From the IMG/VR virus record IMGVR_UViG_3300017766_002609, positions 1 through 42,589 of that record: a stretch of 42,589 nucleotides of DNA; one strand, 5' to 3'. The notes beneath the pieces are model-generated. The model had not been told where the DNA came from and ran no database searches. It saw nothing but the letters and a program-made list of their open reading frames with translations. The translations under genes were made by a program, and so were the position numbers. Shown here piece by piece: positions 17,686 through 26,480 of the stretch. Source of the stretch: a virus (lineage: Duplodnaviria; Caudoviricetes). Within the stretch, counting starts at the first letter, position 1; each line of letters begins with the position of its first letter.

Positions 17686-18615
17686 TTACGCGGTCTTCAG
17701 CTCGATGGCCGACTCGGTACGCAGGATGCCGTGGCCCACCGCGTACTTACCGACCATCAGGGTGCCCTGACGACGGATGTCGTACTCCGACTCCATGCTC
17801 AGGTCCATCAGCTTCACGGTACCGGCCGCGTCCTTGCGGAAGCAGATGCCGACCGTGGTGCTGAAGTCGCCCTGATACTTGGTCGGGCCGGTCACGACGT
17901 TGGTGCTCGGCACGTAGTTCGACTTGACGATGGTCACGTCGGCGACCTTGTACACCTTGCCGTCGCTGTACGCACCCGAGCCGCCCCAGTCCTTGTTCAG
18001 GACCTTGGTGGTCTGGGCGAGCAGGTTGTACTGGGCCGGACGCAGGGCGCAGTAACGCTCGTCGCTCGGCACTTCCAGCTCGTCGAACTTCTGCGCAGCC
18101 GCGAAGATCGAGGCCGCCAGCACTTCGCCGTCCGTCGCCAGCGCGGCGTTGGTGATGGCGCCGCCCGAGGTCAGGCCGGTGACGGCGTGAGCGGTGCGGG
18201 ACGCGAGCACCAGCGTGCGGGCGATGTTGATGTCCATCGTGTTGGCCAGACGACGACCGATTTCCGTCGAGTAAATCGAACGGACTTCGTAGTGGTTCTT
18301 GGCTTCCTCGATGTTCGAGATGAAGGCGTGCGAGATGAGCAGGTCGTCGATGGTGATGACGCGCTCGGCGTGGTTGAGCAGCTGGCCGGTGATTTCGTTG
18401 CCCGGGGTGTGGTACTCGGCGGCAGCGATGCGGCCGGTCACCGGGAACTGGGCCGACTTGCCCGAGCTGATCGTGCGGCTCATCGTGAGCGGCAGGAAGA
18501 TGTTGTTCTGCTCGAACGCGGTCAGAACTTCGCCAGCGAAGACCTTGAGCCACAGCGCGTCACGGTCAGCCGCGCTGTTGATCTGGCCAATACCGGCAAC
18601 GGTTGCATTTGCCAT
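17686..18615 (-). CDS. Major capsid protein (gp10-like)
   Basis: ALWLKVFAGEVLTAF...RTISSGKSAQFPVTGR...ITIDDLLIS...GHGILR. Confidence 0.97.
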   Translation of the reverse strand: MANATVAGIGQINSAADRDALWLKVFAGEVLTAFEQNNIFLPLTMSRTISSGKSAQFPVTGRIAAAEYHTPGNEITGQLLNHAERVITIDDLLISHAFISNIEEAKNHYEVRSIYSTEIGRRLANTMDINIARTLVLASRTAHAVTGLTSGGAITNAALATDGEVLAASIFAAAQKFDELEVPSDERYCALRPAQYNLLAQTTKVLNKDWGGSGAYSDGKVYKVADVTIVKSNYVPSTNVVTGPTKYQGDFSTTVGICFRKDAAGTVKLMDLSMESEYDIRRQGTLMVGKYAVGHGILRTESAIELKTA

Positions 18616-18917
18616 GGTGTTGATTTCCTTGAGGATTGAGGATGGGAAGTGGTGTTCCGGGGTCCCCTTCTCACGGTTCGTTCTTGGTTGTCCGCCTCGG
18701 CGGGCCGCGTTCTACTGGGTGGTCGGTCGACTGGTGTCACCTAACGCCGCTGAGGAGCGGTCGCTAAAGGGCCCCTTACGAGGGCGAGGCGGACATTCAC
18801 GAGGGTCAGCGGTTGTTCCCGGGTTACGGCCGGGTCACGGGCCACGTTGCGGGGGGCCAGTACGGGCAGTTGCAGCTGCCGGGTCGGTGGGTCGCCACCA
18901 CGCGCCCACCTTGCATC

Positions 18918-19697
18918 TCAGAACACGTTGCTCCGGGCCAGCTTGGCCTGAACGCGAGCCCGGAACGCCGGGTCGCTGGTGTAGAGCGGGTTCTTCATGT
19001 CGGCCGTCACCTGCTGGCGGGACTCGTAGGAGTCGCCATCGGGCGCCGGGGCGTTGCCGCGGCCGGTGACGGTGACGCTGGGGGCCTTGCCGTTCGCCGC
19101 GGTGTACGCCGACTTGAGGTAGTCGAGCGCCGCGGTGTACTTGCCGGACTCCAGCAGGGCGTTGTAGGTCTCGACCTGCGCCTCGCTGGCACCTTCAGCC
19201 GCCCAGTCCGCGATGGCGCGGAAGGACTGCTCGCCGCCGACGTGGTCGTAGGCCTCGCGCAGCTGGAGCTGGGTCTGGGCCTTGATGCCGTCGACGTAGG
19301 AGTCGATGACCTCGCCCGGGATGCCCTTGGCTTCCAGCGCCTTGCGGGCCTCGCCCGAGATGGTGCCATCGGTGGCGATCTGGTTGCCCAGCTCGTTGAA
19401 GTCCAGACCAGCGGCCTCGACGGCGCTCTTGGCGGCGTCCTCGGTGACCGGCTGGGTCTCCTTCGGGGTCTCCTTCGGGGGCTCCTCGGCCTTCTCGGTC
19501 GGGGCCTTGCCGAGCTTGGCTTCCAGCTCCGCGTAGGCCTTGGCGAGGTCCGCCGGGGACTGGAACTTCTCGGGCAGCCACTCCGGGCGCTCCGGGGTGC
19601 CGTTCTTGGCGTCGACCTTCGCGGCGAGCGCGTCGTCGTTCGGGCCCTTCGACTGGTCGCCAGTGGCGGGCGGTGGGATATTGACTACGTCAACCAT
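18918..19697 (-). CDS. Capsid scaffolding protein (gp9-like)
   Basis: ERPEWLPEKF...LAKAYAELEAKLG; C-terminal DMKNPLYTSDPAFRARVQAKLARS. Confidence 0.93.
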   Translation of the reverse strand: MVDVVNIPPPATGDQSKGPNDDALAAKVDAKNGTPERPEWLPEKFQSPADLAKAYAELEAKLGKAPTEKAEEPPKETPKETQPVTEDAAKSAVEAAGLDFNELGNQIATDGTISGEARKALEAKGIPGEVIDSYVDGIKAQTQLQLREAYDHVGGEQSFRAIADWAAEGASEAQVETYNALLESGKYTAALDYLKSAYTAANGKAPSVTVTGRGNAPAPDGDSYESRQQVTADMKNPLYTSDPAFRARVQAKLARSNVF

Positions 19698-19722
19698 GGG
19701 GAATTCTCATTGTGGTGGTGGC

Positions 19723-19763
19723 CCCGACAGGGTGCCCACCTGTGCCGGGTGGGTCCTGTCGGG
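19723..19763. other. Long imperfect hairpin between portal and scaffold genes (RNase III-type site candidate)
   Basis: cccgacagg..cccacc-loop-ggtggg..cctgtcggg inverted repeat in the intergenic gap. Confidence 0.55.
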
Positions 19764-19774
19764 TGTACGAGGGG
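19761..19774 (-). promoter_or_regulatory. Putative phage RNAP promoter (phi9-equivalent)
   Basis: CCCCTCGTACACCC, 13/14 match, just after the portal stop. Confidence 0.65.
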
Positions 19775-19776
19775 GT

Positions 19777-21360
19777 CTACTGCGGGGCCGGCGCGGCGCC
19801 TTCGGGGGCGCCCTGCAGGCCAGCTTCGACCAGCGGTCCAGCGACCTTGTCGACCAGCGAGGCGCCCATCTGGGCCTCCTGCGCCGCGGCCATCTCCTGC
19901 TGCACCTCGTCCTGCGTCTTGACCAGACCCTTGCGCTCCAGCCCGAGGGCGGTGGCGCGGCGGGTGAGGTAGTCGCCGACGTTGAGGAACTGCATCGCCT
20001 GCGGGGCGATGGTGGCCGGGATGCCGTTGATGAACTCGTCGAGGCGGGCGAGGTCCTGTCCGCGGCCCAGTGCTTCGAGGCCGGTGACGATGACCGGGCG
20101 CACCGAGCCCTTCGGCAGGCGCGGGATGCGCTTGGCCCGGGTCAGGGTGTCCATGACGAGCGCGATCAGCGGGCGCTGGAACTCCTGAGCCAGCAGCGAG
20201 TAGATTCCGCCGAGGGCGTCCTCCAGCTCGCGGGCCATGAAGCGAATCTCCTCGGCCGTCACGCGCTCGCCGTTGCGCTGGATGGCGCTGTTCAGCAGGA
20301 ACGCGAACGCGAGGCGGTTCGACAGGGTCTCGGACTGGGCCTTCGCCACGGACAGGTCGGTCGACTTCTGGGTCTGGACCACGGTGATGTCGGCCGCGTT
20401 TCCGGCCCGCACGTCACCCGACTCCGACTCGACGATGTCCTTCAGGCGGGTCGTGCCGCCCGGGTTGACGAGGTACAGCACCTTGGCCGAGGCCGCAGAG
20501 CCGCGCAGGATCGCCTTCTCCAGCCCTTCGAGGGACCGCAGGTCTCCGTAGTACTCCTCGACGTAGCTGCGGCCGTAGTCCTCGCCGTCGACGCGGATGA
20601 ACCGCAGCGGCAGGAACGGGACCTTCTCGGCCGGGTAGGTCGCGTCGGACCCCGGGATCAGAACGTCGTTGATCCACTGGTCCCGGCGGTAGCTGTTCGA
20701 CGGCTTGTCGAGGACCACGCGGGTGTACAGGAAGGTCGTCTGGCTGTTCTTGTTGCCCAGCGGCTTCGGCTGCACGGCGGTGTCCACCATGCCCGGGACG
20801 GTCTCCATCAGGGCCCGGATTTCCGGGTCGAGGGCCGCCGGGTCCACCGGCTCGCGCACGATGATTTCCAGCGGGGTCCCCTCGGGGGCGCGGCGGACCA
20901 CGTACTTGTCCATGCGGTAGGACCGCGGGTTGGCCGGGTCCTCCAGCACCAGCAGGCAGTTGCCGGCCACGATGAGGTGCTTGAAGGCCTCGAAGCCCAC
21001 CGTGCGGATCGGCGAGGCGTCCATGGACGCAAGGGCGATGCGCTCGATGCGGCCCAGCGCCTCCTCCATCTCGGCCCGCTGGCCCTCGGAACCGGCCAGC
21101 TCCTCCAGCGCCTGCTCGTCGATCTGCAGGCGGAAGAACGAGGACTGCTGCGGCAGCAGGGCCAGCAGCATCTTGGAGGCGAGGTTGTTGACGCCCCGGG
21201 CGCCGAGGGACTGGTGCGGGGAGTAGAAGCGGGTGCTCGACGTGGTGCCCTCCTCGGGCAGCAGCGCCGGGATGGTCAGCTTGGAGCAGTCGCGCCCGCG
21301 CCGCAGGTACGGGTCGCGCTCGCTCATCAGCTCGGTGTAACGCGACGCGGGGGTCTTCAT
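19777..21360 (-). CDS. Portal / head-tail connector (gp8-like)
   Basis: QSLGARGVNNLASKMLLALLP; GEDYGRS; RNGERVTAEEIR; TGLEALGRGQD. Confidence 0.97.
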   Translation of the reverse strand: MKTPASRYTELMSERDPYLRRGRDCSKLTIPALLPEEGTTSSTRFYSPHQSLGARGVNNLASKMLLALLPQQSSFFRLQIDEQALEELAGSEGQRAEMEEALGRIERIALASMDASPIRTVGFEAFKHLIVAGNCLLVLEDPANPRSYRMDKYVVRRAPEGTPLEIIVREPVDPAALDPEIRALMETVPGMVDTAVQPKPLGNKNSQTTFLYTRVVLDKPSNSYRRDQWINDVLIPGSDATYPAEKVPFLPLRFIRVDGEDYGRSYVEEYYGDLRSLEGLEKAILRGSAASAKVLYLVNPGGTTRLKDIVESESGDVRAGNAADITVVQTQKSTDLSVAKAQSETLSNRLAFAFLLNSAIQRNGERVTAEEIRFMARELEDALGGIYSLLAQEFQRPLIALVMDTLTRAKRIPRLPKGSVRPVIVTGLEALGRGQDLARLDEFINGIPATIAPQAMQFLNVGDYLTRRATALGLERKGLVKTQDEVQQEMAAAQEAQMGASLVDKVAGPLVEAGLQGAPEGAAPAPQ

Positions 21361-21524
21361 GCCTTGTTGCTCCGGCGGATCATCAGGGCGCGGACGCCCG
21401 AGTACATGGAACCGCGGTCAGCGTTCACGCTGTTGGCGAGCGCGAACCGCGGGCCGGCGGCCATGGTCGGGTCCGGCGGCGGCGGCGCGGCGGCCGGGGT
21501 CTTGACTTTCGGCTTCTTAGCCAT
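21357..21524 (-). CDS. Small virion protein (gp7.3-like position, 55 aa)
   Basis: Hand translation MAKKPKVKTPAAAPPPPDP...SGVRALMIRRSNKA; ATGA overlap with the portal start; absent from the ORF track. Confidence 0.75.
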   Translation of the reverse strand: MAKKPKVKTPAAAPPPPDPTMAAGPRFALANSVNADRGSMYSGVRALMIRRSNKA

Positions 21525-21729
21525 CGGGGTGTTCCTCGTGGGGTGCGGGCTCGACGCCCCGGGTGGTCCGGTCGTAGATGCCGCGCAGGTGACGGATGAC
21601 CTCCTGCTGACCGACCAGACGGGCGTAGTCCTCGGGGGCGAGGAGGCGCGTCGGGATGGTGTCAGGGAAGGTGCGAGACAGATGGTCGAGGACAGCCTTC
21701 TCGACCGGCGGGTCCGGGTAGTATTGCAT
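21517..21729 (-). CDS. gp6.5-like conserved protein (70 aa)
   Basis: LDHLSRTFPD...GQQEVIRHL pattern; TGATG coupling to the upstream gene. Confidence 0.7.
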   Translation of the reverse strand: MQYYPDPPVEKAVLDHLSRTFPDTIPTRLLAPEDYARLVGQQEVIRHLRGIYDRTTRGVEPAPHEEHPDG

Positions 21730-22313
21730 CAGATGCTCCGGGGTGAACGAGGGGCACGAGACTGGGCGTCCGTGAGGACCAGCGAGACCTTCTCGGCGAG
21801 GTCTTCGAGGCTGGTGCGGCGGGTGTTCGAGATGGCGTAGTCGAAGTCGCGGTCGTCCAGCTGACCCTCGCCGCCGATCCCATCGAGACCCCGGTCGCCC
21901 ACAACGTGGACCAGATGGGCCCGGTGGGAACGCAGGGTGTCGAACTCGTTGGGGAAGCGCAGGTCGTCGATGACCACGTCCCGGCCGTCGAGGTCCAGCC
22001 CACGGACGTGGTTCATAGCGCACTCGACCCACCAGTCCGGGTTGATGCTGCGGTAGGCCTGTCCGACCGCGATCAGCACGTCGCGTCCCGTCTTGCCCCC
22101 AAGGGCCTTCTGGGGAACGTCCTTCTCGACCGACAGGATCAGGGCGGCCTTGCCGCTCGGGCAGCCGGCCTCGATCAGCGAGCGGGTGCAGATGGACCGC
22201 AGCGCGTCCGCGAAGGACACGATGGTGAACCCATGGCGGTCCCGGAGGAAGCGGGCGATGGTGGTCTTGCCTACCTGCGGGCGGGAGGCGTACAGCGCGA
22301 TGATGGTGGACAT
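21729..22313 (-). CDS. Deoxynucleoside monophosphate kinase (~194 aa)
   Basis: P-loop-like QVGKTT, SFADALR, R..LIAVG, VVIDDLRFPNE motifs; start MSTIIALY at 22313. Confidence 0.88.
   Translation of the reverse strand: MSTIIALYASRPQVGKTTIARFLRDRHGFTIVSFADALRSICTRSLIEAGCPSGKAALILSVEKDVPQKALGGKTGRDVLIAVGQAYRSINPDWWVECAMNHVRGLDLDGRDVVIDDLRFPNEFDTLRSHRAHLVHVVGDRGLDGIGGEGQLDDRDFDYAISNTRRTSLEDLAEKVSLVLTDAQSRAPRSPRSI
21741..21754 (-). promoter_or_regulatory. Putative phage RNAP promoter (phi6.5-equivalent)
   Basis: Exact CCCCTCGTTCACCC at the boundary between the replication and morphogenesis blocks. Confidence 0.7.
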
Positions 22314-22331
22314 GGCGTGGTGGGTTGAATG

Positions 22332-22345
22332 GGGTGAATGAGGGG
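22332..22345 (-). promoter_or_regulatory. Putative phage RNAP promoter upstream of the dNMP kinase gene
   Basis: CCCCTCATTCACCC, 13/14 match, overlapping a 10-bp perfect hairpin at 22341-22366. Confidence 0.55.
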
Positions 22346-22372
22346 GTCCCGACGAGGGGACCCCCTGTTGCT

Positions 22373-23122
22373 TCACTTCGCCGGGGACCAGAGGATCGGC
22401 TTCTTGGCCTTGAAGTCGAAGTCCGTGGCGCGGAGGATGCGCGCGCAGCGGGCCTGCACCAGTGCGTCCTCCTCGGTCAGACCGGCCTTGACGTAGGCGT
22501 TGAGGACGGTGTCCCACGTTGCCCCCTTGGCCTCCAGCAGGCGCTCGGCGGTCTTCGGGCCGATGCCCGGGCAGCCCGGGTAGCCGTCCGTGGCGTCACC
22601 GATCAGCGTCTGGTACAGGTGGTACCGGTCCGCGTCGGCTTCCGTGGTCTCGTGCATCTGCTTCTTGTGGAAGTCCCAGTACCGGCACGGGATCGTCTTG
22701 AAGTCCTTGTCGATGGACGCGATGATCTTCGGGCCCGGGATGATCGTCGGCGAGGTGGCGAGGATGCCGATGCAGTCGTCGCCCTCCAGCGTCGGGCGCA
22801 GGTAGGTGCGGTACTTGTCGAGCAGGTGCTCGCGCAGGAAGGGCAGCGTCAGCGGCTTCCGGGTCTCCTTGCGGTTCGACTTGTACAGGGGGTACACGTC
22901 GGTGCGGAAGTTCCGGCCGTCCGTCAGGCAGAAGACCATCTCCGCCCCCGGGAACTGCTCGGCGAGCGAGGCGATCTGCTCCTCCAGCACCCGGACGGCG
23001 TCCTCCTCGTAGCCATGGACGGTCCAGATGCCCTCGCCCCAGTTGATCGACTTCTCGGTCGAGGCAGCGGCGCGGTAGGCGAGGATGTCACCGTCGACCA
23101 GCAGCGTGGTCGGGGCGCTCAC
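22373..23122 (-). CDS. 5'-3' exonuclease (gp6-like)
   Basis: LLVDGDILAY, YKSNRK, LEGDDCIGI, SIDKD, GDATDGYPGCPGIGPKTA. Confidence 0.95.
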   Translation of the reverse strand: MSAPTTLLVDGDILAYRAAASTEKSINWGEGIWTVHGYEEDAVRVLEEQIASLAEQFPGAEMVFCLTDGRNFRTDVYPLYKSNRKETRKPLTLPFLREHLLDKYRTYLRPTLEGDDCIGILATSPTIIPGPKIIASIDKDFKTIPCRYWDFHKKQMHETTEADADRYHLYQTLIGDATDGYPGCPGIGPKTAERLLEAKGATWDTVLNAYVKAGLTEEDALVQARCARILRATDFDFKAKKPILWSPAK

Positions 23123-23412
23123 CGCTTGATCCCGTACTGCTTCTCGAAGGTGGCCACGATGCGCTCCCGGTACTGGACCCAGTAGCCGTCGTGCAGCTCC
23201 TCCAGCTCGTCAGCCAGCCCGCCGAAGGTGTCCGGGATGCCGACCGCGAAGATCGACAGGACCAGCTGGACCAGCAGGAACGGGAGCACCGGGATCAGGG
23301 CAGCGTAGCGGAGGGCGCGGACCGGGTGGGCCATGGCGACGACGCGCAGGGCGTCGATGCCGAAGCACGGGTGGAGGGCGCCGAGGCGCTGCTTCAGGGT
23401 CGGGTTGGTCAC
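23119..23412 (-). CDS. Hypothetical membrane protein (97 aa)
   Basis: GTGA coupling at both ends; hydrophobic stretch LIPVLPFLLVQLVLSIFAVGI. Confidence 0.6.
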   Translation of the reverse strand: MTNPTLKQRLGALHPCFGIDALRVVAMAHPVRALRYAALIPVLPFLLVQLVLSIFAVGIPDTFGGLADELEELHDGYWVQYRERIVATFEKQYGIKR

Positions 23413-23636
23413 TTGGAGGCCTCGATGCGTGGGGTGGGGTAGGTCAGGGTCAGCTGGGTGGTGCCCGGTTCGGCGCCGTTGATGGCTTCGCACAGGGCGT
23501 CTTGGTAGGCCCTGTAGAAGGCCTCCGGCGGCTGCCGGTAGCGGTAGGTCATGATGTCGATGGCCTTGTCGCCGCTGAGGTTCAGCACGACGGTGATGGC
23601 CGCAGCGCGGGCGGCCTTCTTGGTCTTCTCGGTCAC
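23409..23636 (-). CDS. Hypothetical protein (75 aa)
   Basis: Overlapping start/stop with both neighbours. Confidence 0.6.
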   Translation of the reverse strand: MTEKTKKAARAAAITVVLNLSGDKAIDIMTYRYRQPPEAFYRAYQDALCEAINGAEPGTTQLTLTYPTPRIEASK

Positions 23637-23884
23637 TGTTCAAGTCCTTCGAGGAGCCAGAGGTGGGCCAGCCCGCTCGGCGTCAGCCGCCAGAGGCGGT
23701 CGAACGAGGCGGGCCCAGTCTGGGTGGTGAGGTAGCCGAGCGACGCGGCAGCTGCTACGCTGTCCGCGTGGGCCCGGGCGAAGTCGGCGCGGGTGTGAAA
23801 GGGGCGCTCCCAGCAGCGCCGAAGCACCGCTGGGATGTCGAGCCCGGGCCGCTCGTCAGTGGGTGTCTGCCCAGTTGAGTCCAT
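23633..23884 (-). CDS. T7 gp5.7-like protein (putative host RNAP modulator)
   Basis: DFARAHADSVAAAASLGYLTT...WRLTPSG resembles gp5.7 (NYVRNNASLVAEAASRGHIS...WEITASG); same position after the DNA polymerase. Confidence 0.78.
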   Translation of the reverse strand: MDSTGQTPTDERPGLDIPAVLRRCWERPFHTRADFARAHADSVAAAASLGYLTTQTGPASFDRLWRLTPSGLAHLWLLEGLEQ

Positions 23885-25886
23885 GTTTCCATTCCCCGGT
23901 GATCGGGCAGTTGAGGTTGAGGCGCACGCCGGCAGCCGCGATGGCTTCCACGGTGGCGTCGCCGAGGGCGTCCCGGACTTCCCGGGTCACGCTGATCTGC
24001 AGCTCGTCGTGAATCCAAGCGCGGATGACGTAGTCCTTGCCCCAGACCCAGCCGCGGGCGTCGTAGGCCTTGATGGCCTCGTCGATCCAGACCTTCGCCA
24101 CGATGGCGCCGGCCGACTGCAGCAGGGTGTTCAGGGCGGAGTGCGCCGAGCGGACGTAGAGCTTGCCCCCATCGAGCCCGGTCAGGGACTGCGTGGCCCC
24201 GGCCTTCTCCTTGACGGCCTTGATGAGGGCGCCGAGGGCAGGCAGGGACTTCAGGAAGCGCGCCTTGATCGTCTTGGCTTGGTCAGCGTCGACCCCGAGG
24301 ATGACGGCCAGCTTCTCCGCGCCGGCCCCGTAGAGGAAGGCGTAGATGAAGGTCTTGGCGATGTCGCGGCCCTTGACTGCGCGGCCGTTGACCGTGTAGA
24401 CCTTCTTGGGCTCGAAGCCCAGCGCCTTGCAGTTCAGGGAGTGGACATCGGTCTCGTCCTCGGACTTGCCCTCGACCACGGCCCGGGCGTAGGCGCCACC
24501 GTCCCAGCGTGCCATGTAGTGGGCGAGCATCCGCAGCTCGATGCCGGACAGGTCGGCACCGATCAGGCAGAAGCCATGGCCCGCATGGAACAGGGCGCGG
24601 CACTCGGCGCCGAAGTAGGAGCCGACCTTGGGGACCTGCGCGATGTTCGGGCGGGAGTGGGTGGCCCGTCGCGTCACCGCGCCGAGCGTGTTGTACCCGC
24701 CATGGACCGCACCATCTGCGCCCACGACCTTGAGCCAGCCCTCGTTGCCCTCGGACAGCTGGCCGGCGCGCTTCTGCAGGAGCATGAAGCGGGCGAGCGG
24801 CTTGGCCTCGGGGAACGGCAGGAACGCCAGCACCGTGTCGTCGATGGCCGGCGAGCCGTCATCGGTGAACTCGGTGGGCGCCCAGCCGTACTTGGCCCGG
24901 AAGCGGTCGGCGATATGGAAGCGGCTGGACGGGTTGAACTCGGTCAGCGCCACCTTGGTGTAGGTCGCGCCCTCCGGGTACAGCACGCCGCCGGTCTTGA
25001 CCGACACCGTCTTGGCCTTGCCGTTGACGATCTGCTTCTCCTTGACGACGACCGCGCCCTCGTGCCGGGTGCGCTTCACGGTGACCCGGGAGGGAACCTT
25101 GATCTTCCGCTTGGTGCCGTCCGCGAGGGTCTCGGTCTGCGCCGAGGACTCCGGCTGGTACCACGGCGGGAACAGGGTGCGCAGCTCGCGGTGCAGCCGG
25201 TCGCGCTCCTCGACGATCTGGCAGTACAGCTTGGCCGCGCTGCGCTCGTCGAACGGGAAGCCCGCGTCGGTGACCCGCAGCATCAGCTCCTGCACAACGT
25301 GCTCGACGCGGCTGGCCGCCTCGGAGTACGGGGTCTTGAGGATGCGGCTGAACAGCTCGCCGGTCACCTCGATGTCCTGCACGCAGTAGTCGATCATCTC
25401 GGGGCGGCACTTCGCCCATGGGTCGTCGATGCCGTTGGCCTTGCACCAGTCGGTGTAGTCGCCCTTCATCTTGCCCATGCGCCAGCCGAAGGCTTCCAGC
25501 GAGTGGTTGCCGTACAGCTTGGACGGCATCCCCAGCGCCTTGCCCTTGGCCCAGTCGATGGCCATCAGGCGGTCGCGGGGCCAGCGCAGCTTGGCCTCGA
25601 TCAGCGTGTCGATCACGCGGTCGAGGGGGAGGTCGAAGCCGTAGAGCTTCTTCAGGACCCGGAGGTCATACGCCAGACCGTTGTGCATGACGACTCGGTC
25701 GGCTTGCGCCATACGCTCAAGAGCGCCAGCGATGGTGAGCCGGGTGGTCCCCGGCGGGGTGTACGGGTGATCGGTCGCCACGTAGGTGGTGCCCATCTCC
25801 ACGGCGCGGAGCACGATGACGTGTGTCGTCGTGACCGCGTCGAGGAACCCGTCCGTTTCGATGTCAGCGAGGACGGTGTCGGTCAT
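23856..25886 (-). CDS. DNA polymerase, family A (gp5-like, ~676 aa)
   Basis: Exo I ADIETDG, HNGLAYD, YCVQD; motif A GADLSGIELR; motif B KTFIYAFLYG (Tyr at the 762-equivalent position); motif C WIHDELQ. Confidence 0.97.
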   Translation of the reverse strand: MTDTVLADIETDGFLDAVTTTHVIVLRAVEMGTTYVATDHPYTPPGTTRLTIAGALERMAQADRVVMHNGLAYDLRVLKKLYGFDLPLDRVIDTLIEAKLRWPRDRLMAIDWAKGKALGMPSKLYGNHSLEAFGWRMGKMKGDYTDWCKANGIDDPWAKCRPEMIDYCVQDIEVTGELFSRILKTPYSEAASRVEHVVQELMLRVTDAGFPFDERSAAKLYCQIVEERDRLHRELRTLFPPWYQPESSAQTETLADGTKRKIKVPSRVTVKRTRHEGAVVVKEKQIVNGKAKTVSVKTGGVLYPEGATYTKVALTEFNPSSRFHIADRFRAKYGWAPTEFTDDGSPAIDDTVLAFLPFPEAKPLARFMLLQKRAGQLSEGNEGWLKVVGADGAVHGGYNTLGAVTRRATHSRPNIAQVPKVGSYFGAECRALFHAGHGFCLIGADLSGIELRMLAHYMARWDGGAYARAVVEGKSEDETDVHSLNCKALGFEPKKVYTVNGRAVKGRDIAKTFIYAFLYGAGAEKLAVILGVDADQAKTIKARFLKSLPALGALIKAVKEKAGATQSLTGLDGGKLYVRSAHSALNTLLQSAGAIVAKVWIDEAIKAYDARGWVWGKDYVIRAWIHDELQISVTREVRDALGDATVEAIAAAGVRLNLNCPITGEWKHGLNWADTH

Positions 25887-25888
25887 GT

Positions 25889-26479
25889 CTACTCCAGCGG
25901 GATGATGAAGGGGTCCTCGAAGGTCCACCCCGGGTACCGGGGCAGGAGCGAGTCGCGGACCCGGCGGCAGGTGCGCTGGTCGACCCGGGGGGTGCAGCGG
26001 AAGACCTTGTCGGCGTGGTCCCGCAGCGCCTCGCGGCTGGCGTAGACCCGGCCGTCCGGCAGGATGTAGGCCTGCGAGGTGTACAGGTCGAACTCCTTGA
26101 CCATGTCGACGTGGTTCAGCTCCCGCGGGATGATGAGGTTCAGCGGCGCTTCGAGGCCCGGGACGATCACGTCGCCGATGGCGAGGACGCGGAGGTTGCC
26201 CCCGTAGACATCGCCCTCGGCGACCCGCCAGTCCACCGAGGTGACCCCCGGGAGCCCGAAGAAGATCGCGTCGGTGACCTCGTTCGAGGTCCAGCCCGGG
26301 AACCAGATGTCGATGTCCTTCGGCTTGACGCCGGCCATCATGTCCCGGACGTAGCCCCCGGCGATGACCGGGAGCTGGGCGTCAACGGACGGCAGGCAGC
26401 CGAACAGCTTGTCGAGGATGGCCACGACCTTCGGGTCCGGGCGGTACTTGTCGTCCAGCAGTATGTGCATCTCGGTCAT
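25889..26479 (-). CDS. Nucleotidyltransferase (CCA-adding/poly(A) polymerase head-like, ~196 aa)
   Basis: IAGGYVRD...PKDIDIW signature and downstream FD motif; start MTEMHILL at 26479. Confidence 0.85.
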   Translation of the reverse strand: MTEMHILLDDKYRPDPKVVAILDKLFGCLPSVDAQLPVIAGGYVRDMMAGVKPKDIDIWFPGWTSNEVTDAIFFGLPGVTSVDWRVAEGDVYGGNLRVLAIGDVIVPGLEAPLNLIIPRELNHVDMVKEFDLYTSQAYILPDGRVYASREALRDHADKVFRCTPRVDQRTCRRVRDSLLPRYPGWTFEDPFIIPLE

Positions 26480-26480
26480 G

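Noticed and set aside
17554-17700. Capsid-to-Ig programmed frameshift fusion
   Set aside because: No evident slippery heptamer at the capsid end, an intervening terminator, and an independent RBS for the Ig gene.
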